A DNA stretch of 64,000 nt from Bacteroidota bacterium. GTDB lineage: Bacteria; Bacteroidota; Bacteroidia; UBA8524. Where the stretch lies: positions 1-64,000 of the forward strand of contig WGMZ01000024.1 in the NCBI GenBank assembly GCA_016124735.1. The letters are read 5' to 3'. The position numbers and the translations under genes are program-made. Below, in pieces: positions 48,364-58,226 of the stretch (position 1 is its first letter; each line of letters begins with the position of its first letter). Below the pieces are notes generated by a model. That model was given only the letters and a program-made list of their open reading frames with translations, did not search any database and was not told where the DNA came from.

Positions 48364-48755
48364 TCACCGATTCATGTAAAGCATGTTCCATCGATGGCCG
48401 TCCGGGTCGCTGAAACCTAAACCGTACATCCATCCATCTACCCATCCTGGCTCACCGAAAATAAATGCACCGGCATTGATAAGTCGGGTGTGCAATGCAT
48501 CGACCTCTTCCTGAGACTCCGCATCGAAGGAAAGCAGGGTTTCACAGGATTCGTTTGCATCTGTACTTTTGTTCCCGGCAAACTTCTCAAAGGTTTCTCT
48601 CGGGAAGAGCATGACTATTTAGTACCAAAACACAAGGCAAGCATAGTCGGGTTGTTTCGGTGTTCTTCGAGTTCATAGAAACCGATTTTCCGATAAAATT
48701 CACGTGAGATGGCAATGTCTCGGACAGGAAGATTTATCCAAAGCTCCTTGCTCAT
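48364..48755 (-). pseudogene. glyoxalase/bleomycin-resistance (VOC) family gene interrupted by a frameshift
   Basis: The N-terminal piece MSKELWINLPVRDIAISREFYRKIGFYELEE...GTK* (48615..48755) ends at TAG. The C-terminal piece (48364..48612, ...GFSDPDGHRW...) continues in a shifted frame. Together they make about 127 aa, typical for VOC proteins. Confidence 0.55.
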
Positions 48756-49002
48756 TTTTTTCTTTTCTCCAGCCGCGCAACGATGAGCACATAAATCCCC
48801 ATCCCTACCAGCATAAAAGGCGGCGCTGCAATCATTCCATCGTCCTAAAGGAAATAGGAGAGACTACTGCCTGTGACGATTAAAATCCCCGCCAAAAGTC
48901 CCGGGTATTTCGGTCGCCACGGTCCTTTTGGCTTAATTCTCTTCTCTTCCTTTTTTGCAATCGTTTCAGTAATGCCATGGTTAGCAAAGAGCGTGCATAT
49001 AA

Positions 49003-50697
49003 TTAAGACAGTCCGGAAATCACTCCATTCTCATCAATGGTCATGCCTTCTGATGCAGGAATGGCTGGCAATCCTGGCATGCGCATCATTTGTCCGAGTA
49101 TCGGAATGATAAATCCTGCACCTGCAGCAAATTCAAAATTCCTCACAGTGATACTAAAGCCTTCCGGACGACCCAGTTTCTTTTCATCATCTGAGAAAGA
49201 TTTCTGAGTTTTAGCCATGCAAATAGGCAATTTGTCCAACCCCAGTTTCTCAATCTTACGAAGTCCGCTGGCTGCTTCTGCAGAATATTTTACATCGGTG
49301 GCACCGTAAATTTCGCGGGCTACTGTTGCAATCTTATCTTTTACCGACATGTTCCAGTCGTAAATTTGCTTGTACTGTCCGCGGCCGCTTTCCACTTCAG
49401 CAATAACGGCATCAGCAAGTTCTGTCATTCCATTTCCTCCCTGAGCAAATCCACGGGCAACAACGGCTTTACAACCAGCTGCCTCGCATTGCTCCTGAAC
49501 AAAGCGCACTTCTTCGTCTGTATCGCTTGGAAATGCATTGATGGCAACTACTGGGTGGTAGCCATATTTCTTGCAGTTCTCTATATGCTTGGCCAGGTTT
49601 TGGAAACCGTTGCGAACGCGTTCCATGCTTGGTGTATTGTATTCTTCCGCAGGTGCACCACCATGATGACGTAGCGCGCGGATGGTGGCTACAAGGACGA
49701 TTGCTTTCGGACGCAATCCACTGGAAGCACATTTAATATCAATGAATTTCTCCGCACCCAGATCTGCACCAAAGCCAGCTTCTGTAACCACGTAATCAGC
49801 GAGCGACAAGCCCATCTTGGTGGCGAGAATGGTATTCGTTCCCTGGGCGATATTGGCAAATGGTCCGCCGTGAATAATCACCGGATTGTTTTCCAAGGTC
49901 TGAACCAGGTTTGGCTTAATGGCATCTTTTAATAGAATGGCCATTGCATTTTCTGCCTTCAGGTCTCGGGCATAAATGGCTTTGCCATCAAAGGTATTGC
50001 CCACATAAATATTTCCGAGGCGGGCTTTCAGATCCTCAAAATCATTTGCCATACAGAGAATGGCCATAACTTCTGACGCGGCCGTAATATTGAAGCCATC
50101 TTCTCTTGGAATTCCATTGGCTGTTCCTCCGATTCCAATGACGATATGGCGCAAGGCCCGGTCGTTCATATCCATCACCCGTTTCCAAACAATAGTACGA
50201 GGATCGATACCGAGTCCGAATTTCTTATTCTGAATATTGTTGTCGATCAGGGCGGCCAGCAGGTTGTTGGCCTTTTCAATCGCTGAGAAATCGCCTGTAA
50301 AATGAAGATTGATGTCTTCCATCGGCACCACCTGAGCATAGCCGCCGCCGGCAGCCCCACCTTTGATTCCGAATACTGGCCCCAGGGAAGGTTCGCGCAA
50401 TACGGCCATGGCTTTTTTGCCACGCTTGTTCAGTCCTTCATTCAACCCGATACTGGTGGTTGTTTTTCCTTCTCCGGCAGGAGTGGGGGTAATGGCAGTA
50501 ACCAATACCAAATTACTTTGTGCCAGTTTGGCTTCATTGATTAAGCTCAAGGGAAGCTTGGCCTTGTAGCGGCCGTACAATTCAATTTGCTCTTCAGAAA
50601 TCCCCAAATTTTCGGCTATATCCTTAATCGGACGCATGTTGGCTTGCTGGGCAATTTCAATGTCACTTGGAAAGGCAGATTTATTGGTACTCATGGT
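49003..50697 (-). CDS. fhs: formate--tetrahydrofolate ligase
   Basis: About 564 aa from MSTNKSAF. P-loop TPAGEGKTTTSIGL. Full-length similarity to Fhs is evident. Confidence 0.9.
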   Translation of the reverse strand, partial: TMSTNKSAFPSDIEIAQQANMRPIKDIAENLGISEEQIELYGRYKAKLPLSLINEAKLAQSNLVLVTAITPTPAGEGKTTTSIGLNEGLNKRGKKAMAVLREPSLGPVFGIKGGAAGGGYAQVVPMEDINLHFTGDFSAIEKANNLLAALIDNNIQNKKFGLGIDPRTIVWKRVMDMNDRALRHIVIGIGGTANGIPREDGFNITAASEVMAILCMANDFEDLKARLGNIYVGNTFDGKAIYARDLKAENAMAILLKDAIKPNLVQTLENNPVIIHGGPFANIAQGTNTILATKMGLSLADYVVTEAGFGADLGAEKFIDIKCASSGLRPKAIVLVATIRALRHHGGAPAEEYNTPSMERVRNGFQNLAKHIENCKKYGYHPVVAINAFPSDTDEEVRFVQEQCEAAGCKAVVARGFAQGGNGMTELADAVIAEVESGRGQYKQIYDWNMSVKDKIATVAREIYGATDVKYSAEAASGLRKIEKLGLDKLPICMAKTQKSFSDDEKKLGRPEGFSITVRNFEFAAGAGFIIPILGQMMRMPGLPAIPASEGMTIDENGVISGLS

Positions 50698-50822
50698 AGT
50701 GTTTTTAGTGGTGTCGAATATAAGCATTTAGATGACAGAGGCCGTTAAATTGGCATAAAGTGTTGGGTATTTCAGAGCAGTTCAATCCAATTGATTCTGG
50801 ATTTTGTCTACCCGCATCTTTC

Positions 50823-51254
50823 TTACTTAATCACTTCTTGTTCATCCAAAAGCTTTCCATCCCATTCAAATTCGGGATCGTATTTGATATTGGAAATAAG
50901 ATGAAGCATAATGGCACGCGAAAGACGGAAACTCACGGGCGACAATAATATCATGACTGCGATAATCACTCCGATATACCAATTGATATCCACTCCTTCG
51001 CCCAAAATGATGCGCATGGCTAAACCAATGGCTACGCTCATTGCTACTGTAATGGCATACGAAATATACATGGCACCCCAATAGAAACCTGTTTCGGGTT
51101 CGAAGCTAACTGCACATACCGGGCAATGCAGGTGCATTTCCTGGAATTTGCCAAGGCTGAAAACAGAGTGGGTAAACATTTTCCCGCGGCGGCATCGCGG
51201 ACATTTATATTGACGAAAGGCACTAAAGCCTGAGGGAGCTTTGTCTGTGCACAT
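50823..51254 (-). CDS. DUF983-like zinc-ribbon membrane protein
   Basis: 143 aa. CPRC...CPVC zinc-ribbon. Two TM helices. Confidence 0.5.
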   Translation of the reverse strand: MCTDKAPSGFSAFRQYKCPRCRRGKMFTHSVFSLGKFQEMHLHCPVCAVSFEPETGFYWGAMYISYAITVAMSVAIGLAMRIILGEGVDINWYIGVIIAVMILLSPVSFRLSRAIMLHLISNIKYDPEFEWDGKLLDEQEVIK

Positions 51255-51259
51255 AGACC

Positions 51260-51487
51260 TTAGGCCATTTGTTTTTTGCGGTTGCGGATCCAGAAGAAGA
51301 TCACTCCACCGATGAGTAAATAAGGTGCAGCAAGCAAATAGAGAATGCCATCATTCAATCCGAGACCAGCGGTAGCCCCTTCGTTATTCAGGTTGGATTC
51401 TACAGCCGTTTTGCACATTGGGCATTGAGCCAATATCCAGGCCGTTGAGAGAAGAAAAGCGACAAGAGAATATAAAATCCTTTTCAT
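51260..51487 (-). CDS. small secreted/membrane protein with CPMC motif
   Basis: 75 aa. Signal peptide. CPMC. C-terminal TM. Lies within the oxidase accessory gene string. Confidence 0.4.
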   Translation of the reverse strand: MKRILYSLVAFLLSTAWILAQCPMCKTAVESNLNNEGATAGLGLNDGILYLLAAPYLLIGGVIFFWIRNRKKQMA

Positions 51488-51503
51488 GATTCGAAGATAC
51501 AGA

Positions 51504-52025
51504 TTAATAAACGTAATAAGGTGAAATCATCACATAAACCATCACACCGGTTACCGCCACATACAACCAGATCGGGTAGGTTATCCTGGCGAGTTTTTTA
51601 TGGCGGTCGAATTGCTCACTCAATGCCCTGACATAGGTTATTAGCACCATTGGAATGATGATGATACTTAACAGAATATGGCTGGCCAGAATAGATTGAT
51701 AAAATCCTTTCATGAAACCGGTACCTCCGTAATGCGTTGTGTCGCTGGTTATATGGTAAGCAACATACATAAGCAGAAACAGAGAAGAGAGTATGATATT
51801 CGTCTTCATCAGACGTTCGTGCAATTTTCTTTTTCCCTTACGAATTGCTGTAACAGCTATAACGAGTAAAATGGCTGTCAATCCGTTGATGCTTGCGTAA
51901 ATGGGGGGCAGGAAGCTGAGATCAACTCCTGGAATTTTTAATTGAAACAATGCGGCAACAGCAAGGGGAATAATAACGGAAAGAGCAATAATTCCCTTCT
52001 TATACTTCAATTTAGTTTCTTGCAT
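51504..52025 (-). CDS. DUF420 family membrane protein (caa3-oxidase associated)
   Basis: 173 aa, 4 TM. Conserved His-containing helices (YHITSD, ASHILL). Confidence 0.55.
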   Translation of the reverse strand: MQETKLKYKKGIIALSVIIPLAVAALFQLKIPGVDLSFLPPIYASINGLTAILLVIAVTAIRKGKRKLHERLMKTNIILSSLFLLMYVAYHITSDTTHYGGTGFMKGFYQSILASHILLSIIIIPMVLITYVRALSEQFDRHKKLARITYPIWLYVAVTGVMVYVMISPYYVY

Positions 52026-52662
52026 GGTATTCTACTACGAGGGCCTTGATATCATCTGACAGACGACGCATTTCATTAAAATCGGTTGCTTTGTAAAATC
52101 CGCGAATGCGAAAATCTTTGTCAATCAAAACCGCCATATCGCTATGGATAAATGCAGTTTCCAGCGGAGTTTCCACGCTTGCAAGCAGGTAATCGTATTC
52201 TGCGGCACTGTACAGCATTTGTTTGCTTCCGGTTGCCAGGTACCAGCGTTTAGGATTGGCTCCCAGATCGTATCCGTATTTCGCTAATTCCGGAACCGAA
52301 TCCCTTTTGGGGTCTACGGTCATGGAAACAAAGCGGATATCTGGAGATTCTTTGTATTTGTTGTAGACAAACTGAAGGTTGCTCATCATCGTGGGACAGA
52401 TATCCGGGCAATGGGTGAAAAAGAAATTCGCCACATAAATTTTGCCCTGTAGATCTGACTTGCTGAAAGAATCGCCTTCCTGGTCTATAAATGAAAAATC
52501 GGAGATGGTATGATATACCGTATCTCCGATTTTGTTATCGTAGTATCGCTCACCGTAAATGGCCAATGGAGAGGAGACAATCTCGCCATCCTTCAATAAA
52601 AAAAGCCATAATGCTGGAATCGCAAGGATTGCCAAAGCGATAATAAATCCGTATTTCTTCAT
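52012..52662 (-). CDS. SCO1/SenC copper chaperone
   Basis: 216 aa. N-terminal TM. CxxxCP motif (FTHCPDICPT). Thioredoxin fold. Confidence 0.85.
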   Translation of the reverse strand: MKKYGFIIALAILAIPALWLFLLKDGEIVSSPLAIYGERYYDNKIGDTVYHTISDFSFIDQEGDSFSKSDLQGKIYVANFFFTHCPDICPTMMSNLQFVYNKYKESPDIRFVSMTVDPKRDSVPELAKYGYDLGANPKRWYLATGSKQMLYSAAEYDYLLASVETPLETAFIHSDMAVLIDKDFRIRGFYKATDFNEMRRLSDDIKALVVEYHARN

Positions 52663-52665
52663 TCT

Positions 52666-53016
52666 TTATATTGTGCTCCAGAAGTTGCCTTCATAAAGCA
52701 GTCCGAATATCAATCCAAGGATAAAAAGAACAGGGACGATAATGGACAAAGCCAGGTTCAATCTTTCATGTTTCATGTGCATGAAGTAACCAACAATGAG
52801 GTATGCCTTCACGATTCCGAACACCACGAAGATGATGTTTCTGAACATGGTTGGGTTCATAGAAAAGTAAAGGATGATATCGAGAATGGTGATCACAGTC
52901 AACCATCCGAATATCTTCCAAATTTCTTTGGTTCCGTGGCTGGCGCCAAGGTATAGCATCTCCTGATTGTTTTCGTACATCAGGGTTTCGTTATCGGTAT
53001 TTGCAGTATGTGCCAT
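52666..53016 (-). CDS. cytochrome c oxidase subunit IV (prokaryotic CoxIV family)
   Basis: 116 aa, 3 TM. GYFMHMKHE motif. Confidence 0.6.
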   Translation of the reverse strand: MAHTANTDNETLMYENNQEMLYLGASHGTKEIWKIFGWLTVITILDIILYFSMNPTMFRNIIFVVFGIVKAYLIVGYFMHMKHERLNLALSIIVPVLFILGLIFGLLYEGNFWSTI

Positions 53017-53035
53017 GTTTATTTTGGGTAATAGG

Positions 53036-53797
53036 TTAGATCAGATAGAAGAAAGTAAATACGAATACCCATACCAGATCAACAAAGTGCCAGTAGAGTC
53101 CAACTTTCTCCACCATTTCATAGTGGCCGCGTTTCTCGTAAGTTCCTTTTAATACATTGATATAAATAATCACGTTCAACACCACTCCACTGAATACGTG
53201 GAATCCGTGGAATCCGGTCACGATAAAGAAAAGTGCCGAGAAAACACCAGGTCCGGCCTGGCGTAGGTTATCGTGCCATTCATAATGTCCACCAACATGC
53301 AAGGTTTTGGCGTACTCCAGTCCGGCTGCTGAAAGCGAGAAATGATTACCATGCAAGGTGGCACCGTCGCCAATAAACTGAGTCCATTCCCAGGCCTGGC
53401 AGCTCAAAAAGGCCAGACCACCTAAGATGGTCAACAACATGTATTTAGCTACTTCTTTTTTCGCCATTCGATGTCCTGCTTCAACTGCCAATACCATGGT
53501 AACGGAGGAGAAGATGAGGATAAATGTCATCAAACTCACGAAGAATAAAGGCAGGTGAATATGATGCATGAATGGGAAGTGATTGAACACCATATCCGGC
53601 ATAGGCCATGGGGTGTCTACGTTTCCGAAGAAACTAAAGCGTTCTGCTCCGTATGAAATCAGCAGGGATGAGAAGGTAAATGCGTCGGATAGCAAAAAGA
53701 TCCACATCATTAACTTACCATAGCTGACATTAAACGGAGAGACACCGCCTCTCCATACAGATCCGGAATTGTTCGATGCTACTGGGTGTGTTGACAT
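53036..53797 (-). CDS. cytochrome c oxidase subunit III
   Basis: 253 aa, multi-TM heme-copper oxidase subunit III fold. Confidence 0.75.
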   Translation of the reverse strand: MSTHPVASNNSGSVWRGGVSPFNVSYGKLMMWIFLLSDAFTFSSLLISYGAERFSFFGNVDTPWPMPDMVFNHFPFMHHIHLPLFFVSLMTFILIFSSVTMVLAVEAGHRMAKKEVAKYMLLTILGGLAFLSCQAWEWTQFIGDGATLHGNHFSLSAAGLEYAKTLHVGGHYEWHDNLRQAGPGVFSALFFIVTGFHGFHVFSGVVLNVIIYINVLKGTYEKRGHYEMVEKVGLYWHFVDLVWVFVFTFFYLI

Positions 53798-53807
53798 TCC
53801 TTGTTTA

Positions 53808-54395
53808 TTAGCGGTTCAAAAATAAAAACAAATACAAATAAATCCAGAGTAAACCCATGAAGTGCCAATAGGTGGCCGCCATGGTAATAGTGCGCATACT
53901 CTTTTTATGAATTTCTAACTTAAAAGCTTTGTGGGTAGCGCGAATCAGCGCAATCCATCCTCCAAATAAATGGAGAAAGTGAAAGCCGGTGATGGCATAA
54001 AAGAATGAAGACGCCACATCATCTCCCGAAAAGAAGAGGTTGTTGTCGACCAGGACTTTATATCCCATAAACTGACTGATACCAAATCCAACTCCCAGGA
54101 TAAGGGTGCTGAACAAGGCTACTTTTAATTGGATAATTTCATCTCTTTTGGCAGCGAAATAGGCCCACTGCATGGTAATTGAACTCAGAATTACAATTAC
54201 CGTTGAATAGATGAATTGTTGCGGTATTAAAAACGCATTCCAGTTGCCCTCGGCTCTTCTGACAATATAGGCGGAAGTCAGAGCGGCAAATAACATGGCC
54301 GATCCGATAATAGCCAACCAGAGGTTGAACTTCTTTGGATCGAAGATGTAATTCTTTTCATCGGTTCGCGTTTGTGCTGCACTCATCATACTCAT
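53808..54395 (-). CDS. cytochrome c oxidase subunit III-like (short form)
   Basis: 195 aa. GFHFLHLFGG ... ATYWHFMGLLW. Second CoxIII-family gene, typical of Bacteroidota caa3 clusters. Confidence 0.7.
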   Translation of the reverse strand: MSMMSAAQTRTDEKNYIFDPKKFNLWLAIIGSAMLFAALTSAYIVRRAEGNWNAFLIPQQFIYSTVIVILSSITMQWAYFAAKRDEIIQLKVALFSTLILGVGFGISQFMGYKVLVDNNLFFSGDDVASSFFYAITGFHFLHLFGGWIALIRATHKAFKLEIHKKSMRTITMAATYWHFMGLLWIYLYLFLFLNR

Positions 54396-55327
54396 CAGAT
54401 TTTATCGATTACGAACGAAACCAGTACCACAGGCAAATAAAGGAAAGATGCAAACATGAGCACCTTGGCGTCTTTGTCGGAGCAGGACCGGTAGAGTTTA
54501 ATTGCATAATAAAGGAATACCATGGCAGCCGTTGCGGAAACAAATCCGGAAGCCAGTCCGGAAATTCCCAAGCTGAAGGGCAGGAATCCCATGGGGATCA
54601 AGACAAAGGTATACCACATCATTTGACGTGCAGAACGTTTCCCGCGGCCTTCAAAAGAAGGAAGCAAACGATAGCCCGCACGTTTATAATCTTCATCCAA
54701 TATCCATGCAATGGCCCAAAAATGAGGGAATTGCCAGAAGAATTGTATTGCAAACAAAGCCAAAGCAATGCTGTCAATGGCGCCTGTTACCGCAACATAA
54801 CCCAACATGGGAGGAATGGCGCCCGGGAATGCTCCAACGAATACTGCTATAGGAGATATCCTCTTTAATGGCGTATAGAAAAAGGCATAGGATACAAGTG
54901 AAGCCAGTGCAAGCCATCCGCTCAAAGGATTAAGGGTAAGACTCAGTATGCTCACTCCTGCGATTCCCAATACGAGGCAAAATAATGCAGCTTCTACTAC
55001 ACTCATGCGTCCTGTGGCAATTGGACGGTTGGCCGTGCGGTGCATCAGTTTATCGTAGTTCTTCTCAATAATTTGATTGATACCATTGGAACTACCTACC
55101 ACAAGAAATCCACCCAATACCAACCAGAACAAATCCATTAAATGGGTTGTGGGTTGAAAGGCCAACAGAAAACCCATGGCCGCAGAAAACACTACGGTAA
55201 AGGTCAGTCTCATTTTAATGAGCTGACTGTAATCGCTCAATTTTGCTTTGAGCGAAAAGGTTTCTGTTCTATTTAATTCGTTTGTGATCATCTCACATTT
55301 ATTCTTAAAGGGCTTCCTGAGAAGCAA
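54395..55327 (-). CDS. ctaB: protoheme IX farnesyltransferase (heme O synthase)
   Basis: UbiA-family. GINQIIEKNYDKLMHRTANRPIATG. The true start may be the internal Met at 55291, which would avoid an overlap with ctaA. Confidence 0.85.
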   Translation of the reverse strand: MLLRKPFKNKCEMITNELNRTETFSLKAKLSDYSQLIKMRLTFTVVFSAAMGFLLAFQPTTHLMDLFWLVLGGFLVVGSSNGINQIIEKNYDKLMHRTANRPIATGRMSVVEAALFCLVLGIAGVSILSLTLNPLSGWLALASLVSYAFFYTPLKRISPIAVFVGAFPGAIPPMLGYVAVTGAIDSIALALFAIQFFWQFPHFWAIAWILDEDYKRAGYRLLPSFEGRGKRSARQMMWYTFVLIPMGFLPFSLGISGLASGFVSATAAMVFLYYAIKLYRSCSDKDAKVLMFASFLYLPVVLVSFVIDKI

Positions 55328-56267
55328 TCTTTCTGTTTAATACCATCCACAAGTAAAACCATCCGCCGGAAATTAATGTTCCGAACAATATATGGCTCAT
55401 TTGTGCAATGGCGGGCAATTCCATCCATCTATTGGCGATTCCACTGATTATCTGAATAGCAGTGCAGAGCAAGGTTGCTGTTAGCACGCGTTTCATGATT
55501 TTTTCACTTTTGAAGCTTCGGTAACCCATAAAGGCGAGAAGCATACTCAATGCAAAGACCAATACCGATAAGACGATATGCCCGGTCAGTAAAGAGCCTG
55601 CATAAGCAATCCAATCAGGAGCCAGGTGCAACAACATTACTTCATCTACTCGTTCGCGCACCTGAGTGCCGGAAGTGATTTGGATGAGAGTAATGAGCAA
55701 GGCCAGCATACTCAGATTACGCAAAGTGATTTTATGGGATATGGCATGATGCAATCGATGCCGACGAAAAACTGACAGCATAACAAGTCCTACAACGAGC
55801 AGGGCAATGAGCATGTGGATGGTGACCATCCAACCTGCCAGATTCTTATCTACCACTACTTTTCCAATCCATCCCTGGAATCCAACCAACAAGAAAGAAA
55901 GAACTGCATATGCGGTAATTCTGGGCTCTGTCTTTCTGAATTGAAAGGAAGAAACCATGGTTATCGCAATAAAAATCCCGATCAGAACCCCGACAAGTCG
56001 GTTTACATATTCTGTCCAGGTGTGAACCACATTAAACTCTGCCACTGGTTTTCCAGGCGATGCGAAACGGGTTCGATAATCTTCGGGCAACTCGGATACA
56101 TCCGTGGGTGGAACCCATTGGTCAAAGCATTTGGGCCAATCGGGGCATCCCATTCCGGAGCCTGTTACGCGGACCCAACCGCCAACGAAGATTAGAAAGA
56201 AGATGGAGTAAACGGTTAAGAATCCGAATCTTCTGAAAAAGGCTTCTGAATACAGCTTCTTAATCAT
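55305..56267 (-). CDS. ctaA: heme A synthase (COX15/CtaA)
   Basis: 320 aa, 8 TM. CPDWPKC motif. Conserved His pairs. Confidence 0.8.
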   Translation of the reverse strand: MIKKLYSEAFFRRFGFLTVYSIFFLIFVGGWVRVTGSGMGCPDWPKCFDQWVPPTDVSELPEDYRTRFASPGKPVAEFNVVHTWTEYVNRLVGVLIGIFIAITMVSSFQFRKTEPRITAYAVLSFLLVGFQGWIGKVVVDKNLAGWMVTIHMLIALLVVGLVMLSVFRRHRLHHAISHKITLRNLSMLALLITLIQITSGTQVRERVDEVMLLHLAPDWIAYAGSLLTGHIVLSVLVFALSMLLAFMGYRSFKSEKIMKRVLTATLLCTAIQIISGIANRWMELPAIAQMSHILFGTLISGGWFYLWMVLNRKIASQEAL

Positions 56268-56282
56268 TTACTCCCGCTTCTC

Positions 56283-58190
56283 TTATCTGGCGAAACCGAA
56301 CAATTTGCGCAAAGCGGCAAATGAAACGGTTGGGCCGTCTTCTCCTTCTGAGGCCGGAACTTCTTCGTGTTTCGGCTTAGCCGGAGCTTTTTTCGGTGCA
56401 GGTTCCACAGTTTGTCCTTCATCAGGAACGTTTTGTGGAATGAAGTCTTCTTCACTGTCAGGGCGGCTGTAATCGTATGGCCAACGGTAAACGGTTGGGA
56501 TCTCACCCGGCCAGTTTCCGTGAATACGCTCAACAGGAGCAGTCCATTCCAGAGTATTGGATCTCCATGGATTCTGTGGCGATTTTTTACCACGGAAAAT
56601 GGAGTGGAAGAAGTTCCAAAGGAAGAGTACCTGTGCCAATCCACCAACGATGGCGGCAATGGTAATTAATACGTTTACATCCATCCATACGCCAAATTCA
56701 GGCAATACGGTAAACTGGTAATAACGACGTGGAACACCGGCAATTCCCATAAAGTGCATTGGGAAGAATACCAGGTATGCAGAAGCAAAAGTCAACCAGA
56801 AATGAATATAACCGAGGGTATTGTTCATGTAGCGTCCGTACATTCTTGGGAACCAGTGGTAAATACCAGCCAACATACCAAAGATGGCAGCAGAACCCAT
56901 TACCAGGTGGAAGTGAGCCACTACAAAATAAGTATCGTGTAAGTTGATATCGAGGGTTGCATTACCCAGGAAGATACCGGTCAATCCACCAGAGATGAAA
57001 AGAGATACCAATCCGATTGCAAACAACATTCCCGGCGTAAATTGGATGTTTCCTTTCCAAAGGGTAGCGAGGTAATTAAATGTTTTTACAGCCGACGGCA
57101 CCGCAATAATCAAGGTGATAACCATGAATATTTCTCCAAGGAATGGATTCATACCCGTGATAAACATGTGGTGACCCCAAACCAGGAAGGAAAGGAAGGC
57201 AATACCCAAAAGCGAAATAATCATCGCGGTGTAACCAAAGATTGGCTTACGTGCATTGGTCGCAATTACTTCAGAGGTAATACCCAATGCAGGCATCAGG
57301 ATGATATATACTTCAGGGTGACCCAGGAACCAGAATAAGTGCTGGAACAAGATTGGGCTACCGCCTGTATTATTCAACGCACCAGCGCCGTTTACCCAAA
57401 TATCGGATAAATAGAAACTGGTACCGAAGCTACGGTCGAAAATCAATAGCAAACCACCACCAAGCAATACCGGGAAGGCCAAAAGACCCAAAACAGCGGT
57501 GAAGAAGAAAGCCCAGATAGTCAAAGGCATTCTGTTCATTGACATGCCTTTGGTACGCATGTTCAGGATGGTCGAGATATAGTTGATACCTCCCAGCAAT
57601 GAGGAAGCAATAAACAGGATAATCGCAACGAGCCATAAAGTCATGCCTGCGCCCGATCCGGGAATCGCTTCAGGCAATGCCGACAGCGGAGGATAAATGG
57701 TCCATCCACCGGAAGCAGGTCCTGTTTCAAGGAACAGGGAGGCAAGCAATACCACAGATGAACAGAAGAAGAACCAGTAAGACAACATGTTCATGAATGG
57801 GGAAGCCATATCACGAGCACCTACCTGCAATGGAATCAATAAGTTCGAAAAGGTACCACTTAAACCGGCGGTTAATACGTAGAATACCATGATGGTACCG
57901 TGAATCGTAATAAGCGACAGGTAAAAATTCGGATCGAGTTTTCCATCCGGAGCCCATTTACCTAAAAGGGTATGAAGGAATCCGAAATGTTCGTCCGGCC
58001 ATGCTAACTGCAGTCTGAATAAAAGCGACATGACCATTCCGATTACCCCCATGATTATCCCTGTAATCAGGAATTGCTTGGAGATCATTTTGTGGTCCAT
58101 ACTGAAGACATACTTCCTGATGAAGCTTTCTTCGTGATGGTGATCGTGGGCATCGTGATGTAGTTCTGCGCTATGTGTTGCGTTTGCCAT
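56283..58190 (-). CDS. ctaD: cytochrome c oxidase subunit I
   Basis: 635 aa. Canonical heme-copper oxidase subunit I helices and His ligands (GHPEVYIL, HHMF). Confidence 0.95.
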   Translation of the reverse strand: MANATHSAELHHDAHDHHHEESFIRKYVFSMDHKMISKQFLITGIIMGVIGMVMSLLFRLQLAWPDEHFGFLHTLLGKWAPDGKLDPNFYLSLITIHGTIMVFYVLTAGLSGTFSNLLIPLQVGARDMASPFMNMLSYWFFFCSSVVLLASLFLETGPASGGWTIYPPLSALPEAIPGSGAGMTLWLVAIILFIASSLLGGINYISTILNMRTKGMSMNRMPLTIWAFFFTAVLGLLAFPVLLGGGLLLIFDRSFGTSFYLSDIWVNGAGALNNTGGSPILFQHLFWFLGHPEVYIILMPALGITSEVIATNARKPIFGYTAMIISLLGIAFLSFLVWGHHMFITGMNPFLGEIFMVITLIIAVPSAVKTFNYLATLWKGNIQFTPGMLFAIGLVSLFISGGLTGIFLGNATLDINLHDTYFVVAHFHLVMGSAAIFGMLAGIYHWFPRMYGRYMNNTLGYIHFWLTFASAYLVFFPMHFMGIAGVPRRYYQFTVLPEFGVWMDVNVLITIAAIVGGLAQVLFLWNFFHSIFRGKKSPQNPWRSNTLEWTAPVERIHGNWPGEIPTVYRWPYDYSRPDSEEDFIPQNVPDEGQTVEPAPKKAPAKPKHEEVPASEGEDGPTVSFAALRKLFGFAR

Positions 58191-58226
58191 GCTTATTGGT
58201 ATTGATGCGTGTTAAAATTCTTTTTC

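Noticed and set aside
50728-50822. ZTP (pfl) or THF riboswitch in the fhs leader
   Set aside because: The leader lacks the CCGCCTGGGCA / GGGTCGTGAC ZTP consensus elements and shows no THF-riboswitch-like core.
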